DNA of 64,000 nucleotides, taken from the NCBI GenBank assembly GCA_013239625.1, contig MU054338.1, positions 6,674,724 to 6,738,723 of the forward strand, read 5' to 3'. The notes beneath the pieces were generated by a model that saw only the letters and a program-made list of their open reading frames with translations, did not search any database and had not been told where the DNA came from. Origin of the DNA: Lama guanicoe (Eukaryota). The translations under genes were made by a program, and so were the position numbers. The first letter of the stretch is position 1. Each line of letters starts with the position of its first letter. Of the stretch, positions 41,190 through 64,000 are shown in pieces.

Positions 41190-41388
41190 TTCAAACTTTC
41201 AATTAGTTGTGGCAGTTGTGGTTAATTAGGGGTCATTTCCGGGAAGGAGGCGCTTCACGTGAAGTCCTTCTGATTTAATGGCCAGGGCCAGCTCAGTTCT
41301 CATCCCTGCTCAGTGTGGTGAGGACGATTTTCTTTGCAGCTCAGGAGCAGACACTGTGTGTTTTCACTTCCTGCACCAGGAGGTGAGT
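41190..41388 (+). promoter_or_regulatory. Candidate DNMT1 oocyte-type promoter and non-coding exon 1o
   Basis: TAATTG/TAATTA homeobox sites, TTCCGGGAA, palindromic E-box CTTCACGTGAAG and a strong donor GAG|GTGAGT at 41383, in unique sequence 7.7 kb upstream of the somatic ATG. Confidence 0.45.
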
Positions 41389-43224
41389 GATGCCCTGAGG
41401 TCTGACCACTGGGTCCTGGTGGATGTGAATGGGTGGTGGTTACAGGACCCAGGTGGGCTAAAGAGGGCTTGGGTGGGCTGAGAGAGGCGAGGCAGGACAT
41501 ACGTGTCTTGGAAGGAAGGAGGCCCAAGCTTGAAGTGGGTGAGAGAAGTGGGGAGAAGTACCCTGGACCAATGCACTCATCCAGGAGTGGAATTACTGGG
41601 CTGGAGGGCAGGAGTATGGTTAGCCCTAGCAGATATTGCCAAATCATTTTCCAAAGTGGCTGGGCCATTTTAGGCTCTCCCAGCAACACAGGAGAGTTCT
41701 GGTCTTGCTAGCACCCATGAGCTTTTCTTGTTTCATTTCAGCCATCCTAGCGTTGATGGGTGTCTGTGGGAGCTGATATCATACTGAGGTTTCATTTTTC
41801 ATTTCCCTGATGACTAACGAAGTTAAGTAGCTTCCCATTCCAGTCTTGGTCATTTGGATATCCTCCTTTTGTGAAGTGCCTGTTCAGCTCTTTTGTCTAC
41901 TTAACAAAAAAGAGATTGCCTGTCTTTTTTTTTCACTTAATTCTATGTATGTCATAGATACAAGTCCTTGGTTGGTGGACATGTCTATGGCTTGTCTTTT
42001 TGGTGATATCTTTTGATGAACAAATTCATTTTAATACAGCCTAACATATTTTTCTTTATGATTAACATGCTTTGTGTCCCGTTAAAGAAACATTTGCCTA
42101 CTCCAAAGTCACAATGATGTTCTATGTCTTATTTTAAGAGCTTTCTTGACTTTGCTTTTCCATTTAGATCTGGGAGATGGCTGGAGTTTTGTATATGGTT
42201 TGAGGTAGGGATAAAGGTTCCCTTTCTTCCATAGGGTTATCCAGTGGGTCCAGCACCATTGACTGACAAGACTATCCTTTCACCAATGCTCTGCCAGTTT
42301 TTGTTTAACATAAATAATACAGCCATATAGTCCAGCATTCCAAAAGGGCAAAAAGACATGCAGAAAAATTCCTCCTTCTGCTTTCAGCTTCTAAGTAATA
42401 TTCTTTATGTCCAGGAATGTATCCATTTGTTTAATTCCCAAGATTTTATATATATAAATGTAAGTGTACATATATATATGTAAGTATACATACTTGCTTC
42501 CACCCCTTCCCCCCTTTTTCACATGAACAGTAGCACACTATACATTCTGTTCTACATCTTGCCTTTTTCCCCCCACTTACAGATAGGAACTGACCTCTAG
42601 GCTATTATGTATAAAAACATTCTTTTGTTTTTTGATGTGGGGGTTGTCATTGTATGAATGGAATACAGTTCCTTTAGCTCATCCCCACTGATGGGGAACT
42701 AGGTTCTTTCCAGTTATTTTGCTACAGACAAGGCTCAGTGAATAGTTGGTCCACTTCTCCTTTTGCACATGTATATGAGGCTATCTTAGGAGAAATTCCT
42801 GGCAGTAGAAACGCAGAATAAAATGGTGTGTGCATTTCTTGTTTTGATGGCTATTTGCAGACCAAGCATTTAATGTAGGGGGAGAGGCATCACACCCTCA
42901 CCCACATAGAGCTCCGGGAGTCTTTGTTGTGTGTCAACAACACCCTGGGCATTTTGCTAGGTGCTGGAATCAAGCTATCACCCCCAAATGTATGATTACC
43001 AGCTGAGACAAAAGCTTAGAAAGGAAAGAGCTATATTCTCAGAACCCATCAGACACCTGATAGTATTGGGGGAGGTTAGGAAAAGGCCCCTTGAAGGAGT
43101 TGGTGGGTGAGTCAAAACAGGAAGAATGAACAGAGATTCTTCAAGCAGGAGAAGTAGACACATGGAACAACAGGCCTTTCGAAGGTAAAGGAACAGCAAG
43201 TGCAAAAACCTTTCAATCATTACC

Positions 43225-43720
43225 TATGGCTGAATAACAAAAAGCCCCACAGTCTAGTGCCTTAGAATACCACCACCCATGTTATTATCTCACAACGGTC
43301 TCTGTGGGATGGGAATTTGGGAGCAGTGAAATGAACAGTTCCAGCCTGAGACGTCTCATGAGGTCACAGTCAGATATTGGCTGGGGCTACCATCATCTGA
43401 AAGCTTGACTGGGGCTGGAGGAGACACTTCCAAAGCAGCTCACTCACACTGCTGACAAACGGAGCCCTTTTCCCATGGGCTTCCCCACAGGGCTGATCGA
43501 GCATCCTCACAACGTGGTGGCTGGCTTCCCCCATGGGAACAAGGTGATGCTGTGATGGCTCTGATGATCTAGCCTCAGGAATCCTGCATCTTCACTTCCA
43601 CCATATTTTCTTGGCCACACAGGCTGGCCCTGATTCACTGTGGGAGAGGATTCCAGAAAAGCATGACTACTGAGGGGCAAGGAATGTTGGAGGGCCCTCT
43701 TGGAGGCTGGCTACCACAGC
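43225..43720. mobile_element. MLT1 (MaLR) LTR fragment
   Basis: ggctggggctaccatcatctgaaagcttgactggggctggagg...ggaggctggctaccaca terminus. Confidence 0.65.
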
Positions 43721-45747
43721 TCTTAGGCAGGAAGGGGCAGGGAGTATCCAGGATGCAGCTCAGCTGGGCGAGCAAAAAGGATGAGTGGCAAAAGCTGAGG
43801 TGGGCAGGGCTAGGCCTGTGGGGGTTGGGTTTACCCTAAGAGCATTGAGAAGCCATTCGGATGCCTTCAATGGGGTAGGGAGGGGGTGACATGGTGAGAT
43901 CTGCTTTCTGAGAAGATCCTTCCCACTTCCTTGTGGAGAACATGTAATGAGAGGGCTGAGTGGCAGCCCAGGAAGGAGGCCAGGCAGGCATCAAAGAAAG
44001 AGGAGAGGATGACCTGAGCTGGGGCAGTGGCCCTGGAGGGGCAGATCAGCTAACTGACTCAGGGCTGTTTGAAGGAAAACCCCGCTGGGCTTGGCAGCAA
44101 GCCTTCTTTGATTCCAAAACAGAAAGCCGTCAGCCTGCTCAAGGGTCCGAGCAGGCGGGTCTGCCCAGCACACTCCAGAGTTGGTTTCCCCAGATGCAAT
44201 TCCCGGTCGCTTAAGCCTAGAGAGAAAGCTTGTGAGGCCTGCACTGGTGGTCTTCCTGCCTGGCCCTCTGCCTGGCCTGAGAGTGGCAAAGTGTCCTGGT
44301 TGAACCCTTGAGTGTTGCTGCCACCGCCTGGGGCCTCTGCGGGGCTGGTCCCAAGTGAGAGCTCAGGGGCAGTGACTAATTCCCCAGCATGTGGCGTGAC
44401 TCAGCTCTGGCCTTCTGACTGACCGTGGCTCAGGACACATGGCCGTCCCTCCGCCAGCCTTTGCTTTGGGCTGCCCAACCTTGGTTTGACAGACACCCAG
44501 ACCCTCCTGACCTTGGAAGTATGGCCCCCCCCAGTCTCCAAATGGTCTTCTTCCTCCTGGCCTCTGGAGAGTGGCCCTTCAGCTGGAGGCAGGAGTGTGG
44601 CCTGGGACAGAGGGAGCTGGGGCCTGACACATCTTGTGAGGGATTTGTGAACCCTACTAAGAGGTGGAGACGGTAGATGCCCAGAAAAGCTGACCTGCCT
44701 TGCTCTGGAAGTTCCAGTTGCTTCTCTCAAAGGATGAGCCCATGTTTCGTTGGGAAATGGGTCCCTGGTTCAGCCAGTCACTCTGGAGGCTCCTGGAAGC
44801 CATCAATATCCCTTCCCCATGACCTCTTACTGCTGACATCTTACTGGTCATGTGAGTCGAGAGAAGCTGGTGATTCAGGGACTATAGACAGACCTGGGTT
44901 TGCAGCTTGAGTTGATTGGTGCCTCAGTTTCCCTGTCTGTGAAATGGAAATCACATTGTTGTAGGGGAGACAAGAGCTCTATACTTTGTATCAGGCATCT
45001 CCCATGTGTGACCTCTCATGTCCTACAGATTTATCCTACCAATACTCGGATTCCTACCGAGTGAACCCTTGGAGGGTCAGTAGAAAAAGGCAGACTACCA
45101 GGTCTTTGCAGGGGTCAGCACACTAAGGCTCATGGGCTAAATCTGGCCTGCTGGGTTTTTGTAAATAAAGTTTTATTGGAACACAGCCGTATCTAGTCAC
45201 CTGCGTAGTGTCTATGGCTGTCTTCATGCCTCGACGGCCGAGTTGAGTTGTTGTGACAGAACATGTGGCCCACAAAACCTAAAATATTTACTCTCTGATC
45301 TTGTATAGAAAAACTTTGTGACCCCTGCTCTGCTCTAGTGGAACAAAAAAACTATGATAGACACAAACAAGATTCTGTGACAGTGATAAATGCTCTGAAG
45401 AAACAGGAGAGTAGGATAGAGTGGCTGGGGGTGAGGGGTTGCTTCCAGGCGGTTCTGGGGGAAGCCTCTGGGTAGCAGCAACATTTGAGCTGTATGAATC
45501 TCCCAGAAGAGCAGGCTGGGCAGAAGTGACAGCAAAGGCAAAGGCCCTGGGGTACTTAAGAGTTGGAAAGACTGAAAGTGGGTCAATGAAGCTGAAGCTT
45601 ATTGATGGGGGGAGGAGGGTGAGCTGCACCCAGACAGGAACCTATAAATGGAGTTAAATGCTTACATTTTACTTCAAGGGCCATGGGAAGTTCTGGAAGA
45701 TTTGAGTGGGAAAGAAAAGGGCGTTAGAAATTTTTAACACCTTCTGG

Positions 45748-45912
45748 GGGTGGGAGGGTGTAGCTCAGTGCTAGTGTGCATGCTTAGCGTGCACGAGGTC
45801 CTGGGTTTGATCCCCAGTACCTCCACTGAAAAATAATAAATAATCCTAATTACCACCCCCCAAACCTTTAAAATAAATAAATAAACCTAATTACCTCTCC
45901 TCAGAAAAAAAT
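45748..45912 (+). mobile_element. tRNA-Ala-derived SINE (Vic-1-like)
   Basis: TAGCTCAGTGCTAG...GGTTTGATCCCCAGTACCTCC; imperfect TSD ATTTTTAAC(A/G)CC(T/C)TCTGG at 45730 and 45913. Confidence 0.88.
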
Positions 45913-47032
45913 ATTTTTAACGCCCTCTGGATGCAGTGGTCTGGGAGATGGGGAAAGAGACTGCTAGAATAGTCCAGGAGAGCCATAATGGCAGTCTGGG
46001 TTGGGGTGGCAGCCCAGTGGATAAGCGGAAAGACCTAGGTGTATTTCAGAGGAAGAACCGACAGATTACTCACCTGCTGCACGTGAGGGGAGGGAAGGAA
46101 TTAGAGATGGTGCCTGGCTTTTTGCCTCTGAGTAACTTGAGAGCAGATCAGCTGGGCTAGAAGCCCAGTGTAGCTCCCAACTTGCTGGGGGCCCTTGAAC
46201 ATATCTATGTATCTGAACACTTGCTCCATCTGTAAAATGGGTCAAATCCTCCCTTGGTAAAAGAAGTAGGAAGAGAAGCTACCTGAGAGGGAGCCTCCAA
46301 TAAATGCAGCTGCTCTCCTGAGAGCTGAGGCCCCTGAACAGCAGATCTGCTCATCTCTCTCCCCTCCCTCCCCTGTCCTGTGAGCGTCCCTCTTCCTAAG
46401 GTGGGTTAGGGACCCAGATACTGGCTTCTGATAAGTCTACAGGTCCTGAGCCTCACTCTGGTGAAATGTCTTCTATTTGCCACCTCTTTTCTGCCCTTCC
46501 TCCTTAGTGTAGTTCCCCCAGTGCTGTCCCTGGGCCTCCTGGGTGCCTGACAGCTGGCCAACCCAGGGGTCACTGTTTTACATGCAGGCTCTGGAGTTAA
46601 AAACACTTGGATTCATGGATCCTGCTGCTACTGAGCCTACAATCTTGGGTAAGCAGCCTCTGAGCCAGACTCCTTTGTGACAGATATCCTAGGCCATGGG
46701 AAATAGGGGTCCTGATATCCTCCCTTTTTGGTAGTCAAGGATTAAATTAAACTACTCCTAAAGTGCCTGGTACAGTAAGTACATAGTGCTGATTAAATAT
46801 TAAATTAATAGCTATTAATTTTATTCCTAATATTTCAGTCCTCCTGGATCCTGCTCTGTGTGTGTAACTCATAGCAACCAGAGGGTCTCTGGTCCATTTC
46901 TGGCCAGAAGCTCTCCACCACCTGTTGGAGGAAACTAGTTTATGTGTGTCTACAAACCCATTCACTTATACATTTTTTAATACAAAAATATAAATATAGA
47001 TCATAACTTGTAACTCCATTCTGATGCTTTTT

Positions 47033-47190
47033 CTTTTTCTTTATTCCTTTTTTTGGGGGAAGGTAATTAAGTTTTTTAAACTGTTGATAGCATTTAAGTT
47101 TTTATTTATTTTAATTGAGGAACTGGGGATTGAACTCAGGACCTTGTGCACGCTAGGCATGCATTCTACCACTGAGCTATACCTTCCCCT
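47033..47190 (-). mobile_element. tRNA-Ala-derived SINE (Vic-1-like)
   Basis: Reverse-complement head ggggattgaactcaggacc...accactgagctatacc; flanked by TGATGCTTTTT repeats. Confidence 0.85.
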
Positions 47191-47264
47191 TGATGCTTTT
47201 TTTGTTGTGGCAGATAAAATACTTAAAAAAAAAACCCTTTACCTTATTAATGGTTTATTTCTTC

Positions 47265-48520
47265 TTTATTGTGGTTAAAAACACATAGCATGTACCATCG
47301 TAACCATTTTTAAATGTGCAGTATAGTAGTGTTAACGACATGCACTTTGTTGCGCAGATCTCTGAAGCTTTTCATCCCCTAAAACTGAAACTCTATTCCC
47401 ATTGAACATCTCCCCTCTTACTCCACCCCTCAGCCCCTGGTAACTCCTGTTGTTCTTTTGTAAGAGGTGATTAAATTAGATACCTCAAATAAGTGGAATC
47501 ACGCAGTGTCTGTCTTTTTGTGACTGGCTTATTTCACTTAGCATAATGACCTCAAGGTTCACCCAGGTTATCGCAAAAGGGCAGGATTTCCTTTTTTAAG
47601 GCTGAGTAATCCGTTGTATGTATGTGGCACACTTGCCTTATCCATTCATCTATACATGGACATTTGGGCTGCTTCCACCTCTTGGCTATTATAAATAATG
47701 CTGCTATGAGGACGAGTGTGCAAATATCTCTTCCAGATCCCATTTTCTATTGTATTGAATACATACCCAGAAATGGGATTGCCACATCATATGATAATTC
47801 TATTGTTAACTTTTTGAGGAATCTTCACACTTTGCTATAGCAGCTGCACTATTCTAAATCCCTACCAACAGTTCATATAGGTCCTAATCTCCACGTTGTC
47901 GCTAATACTTTGTTTTGTTTTGATAGTGACCATCTTAATGTGTGTGAGGGGATCTCATTGTGGTTTTGATTTGCATTTCCTTGATTAGTCATGTTTAACA
48001 TCTTTTCATGTTTGTCCATCTTGTGTGTCTTTTATGGAACTGTCTATTCAAATCTTTGGTCTTTTTATTAAATCGAGTTGTCTTTTTGTTGAGTGGTAGG
48101 AGTTCTTTATGTATTTTGGATATTAAGCCCTTATCAGATACACAAACATTTTCTCCCATCCTATTGGTTGCATTTTCACTTTGATTCCTTTGCTGTGCAT
48201 ATGTTTACTTGAATGTAGTCCCATCTATTTTAGCTTTTGTGGCCTGTGCTTTGGTGTCATATCCAAGAAATCATTGCCAAGTACAATGTTGTGAAGCTGT
48301 TCCTACCACCCCCGCCACAGACACAGACACAGACACAGACACAGACACAGACACAGACACAGACACACACACATTTTCTTCTAGGAGTTCTGTAGTTTTA
48401 GGTCTAGACTTATGCCTTTAATCCATTTGAGTTAACTCTATATAAGGTGTAAGGTAAGGGTCCACTTTCATTCTTTTGCATGTAGGTATCCAATTTTCCC
48501 AGCACCATTTGAAGACACTA
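47265..48520 (-). mobile_element. Old L1 fragment (ORF2 3' end and 3' UTR, degenerate) just upstream of the DNMT1 promoter
   Basis: Minus-strand ORF fragments LFIIAKRWKQPKCP and FKWCWENWIPTCKRMKVDPYLTPY resemble the L1 ORF2 C-terminus. Confidence 0.85.
48316..48372. repeat. (CACAGA)n / (CA)n compound microsatellite
   Basis: About eight hexamer units followed by a short CA run, 0.7 kb upstream of the DNMT1 ATG. Confidence 0.9.
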
Positions 48521-49041
48521 TTCTTTGCCGAAGTTCCGGTGCTTCTTTCAACACACAGGCTGTGGAAGTGGCCCAGGTCTCCTGTTAGCTCCTTTTCACA
48601 AATGAGGAAACTGAGACTGAGTCCAAATGACCTGCCCAGGGTTAGTAAATAGGTGGAGGTGGGATTGGAATTGAGGACTTGAACTCTAGAGCCCACACGC
48701 TAGAACCCCCTGGAGATGCTCCAGATTTTATCCCTAGCCTGCGGGGAAAGAATGAATGAATGAATGTCTCAGGCAAGGCTCCCAGCAGAGGCGCTTGGAC
48801 AAACCCACTGCTCAGCGCGGGGGTGCGCGTCTGCCTCGCGCATGCGCAGTCCCTGCGCAAGCCGGCTCCACTGCGTCTGCCCACACATGGTACGGCCTCT
48901 CTCCGTGTGGTACGTCCCGCCTTCCCCCACGCCCGGGCCTGGATGGTACGCGCCGCCTCCGCTCGCCGCCCCTCCCCATCGGTTTCCGCGCGAAAAGCCA
49001 GGGTTGCCTGTGCTGCTGCTGCCTCTGCTGCACCTTCTAAG

Positions 49042-62865
<13,824 letters not shown>

Positions 62866-64000
62866 GTAAAGACCCTTATCACTTCACTGTACCTGACCCT
62901 TATGTTCCCAGTTGGTGGGGAGAAACGGCAGCGGATGGGGCTCTGGGTTCAAATCCAGCCCTGCCTACCCATGGGGTGGCCCCAGGCAGGATACTTGCCC
63001 CTCTCCTAGGGGGGTGGTTGTCACTGCATGTCAGCACCTGACATGTGATGTGTTCAGTTGTCTGTCATAACGGTGGCAAGGGCCCACGTTGCCTTGACTG
63101 AGATGTGTGTGGACCCAGCTTCCCTTGAGAGCTTTTGCATAGAGAAGGCTTGACGTGTCACCCCAGACATGTGTGTCATCGTGCTGGTGCTGCTTCACCC
63201 GTCAGTCTCCTGAGTTCTGAGTCTCACTCCTCCCACCCCGTCAGCTTCCCCAGTTCAGCTAAGTGAACACATTTAAACCCTGAAACCTTGTACATTGAGC
63301 CGGGGTTGGCCCGTAGAAGTACAGGGCTGCAAGGTTATCCACAGGGCTGTCCGGCTACCTGAACTACCGGGGGAGGGGCTCTGTCTGCAGAGGGCCACAG
63401 CACAGGAATCCTAAGCCCCTTAGCACTTGGGCCCTGGGTAAGACAAGCCAAACTGGGGTAGTCCCAGGATTGTCTCTGGTTTTCTGACATCTGGAGAGCA
63501 GAGCCTGAGGTCAGACTGGCTGGGTCGTGAGCACCCTCACTTCCGACCTGGTTTGCAGTAGACACTCCTTCTCATTCTGTGGCATATGATCCACATATGG
63601 TGTTGCCTCCAGCTTGCTCTAGCACCTTATTGTCTCTCACCTCTTCTGTCTGGCTATTCATTACCTTACTGTCAGCACTTGCCTGAGATCCCTTCAGATC
63701 TAGAGATCTTAGTGGTGTTGCAAAGTACCTATTCTTCTCAGACAGCAACTGGCAGGAACTTGAGATCACACAGCCAGCACTTTTGCCTCGCGGTGGAAAA
63801 GGACAGATCAAACATTTGACTTTGCCTAATGTTAACTGTTCTTCTGTTTTAATCTATTTGTACATTTCTTGCTTTATACATTTGTTGCTTTATGAAGATG
63901 AGCTGAACTTATCAGAAAGGTACTTTTTTGTGTGTGGGCTCAGCCATTTTTTAATGAGTTGGTGACCAAGCTGGGAATTCCTACTTCTGTTTCTTTCCCA

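Overview
Mammalian genomic DNA with four intron-containing protein-coding genes in the order found at human 19p13.2. ICAM1 is on the minus strand; only exons 1-2 and the promoter are present and the rest lies left of the window. MRPL4 (minus) is complete: 9 coding exons, 885 nt, 294 aa. S1PR2 (plus) has a non-coding exon 1 and a single coding exon (352 aa). DNMT1 (plus) shows somatic exons 1-10 and runs off the right end. I checked the exon boundaries by hand for GT/AG signals and frame continuity. Intergenic and intronic DNA is mostly old repeats (L1, L2, MIR, MER, MLT), plus seven young tRNA-Ala-derived SINEs resembling camelid Vic-1, which suggests a camelid (inference). I found no new multi-gene system. 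The best leads are regulatory or evolutionary: a candidate oocyte-type DNMT1 first exon and promoter about 7.7 kb upstream of the somatic start; a candidate alternative S1PR2 promoter and first exon in intron 1; a short uORF just before the S1PR2 ATG; upstream ATGs in the DNMT1 leader; tandemly duplicated exon pairs in the DNMT1 N-terminus; a tiny retrocopied transcript 3' end with a target-site duplication (TSD); and a mariner transposase fossil. Repeat family names and cross-species comparisons come from memory, not database searches, and repeat boundaries are approximate.
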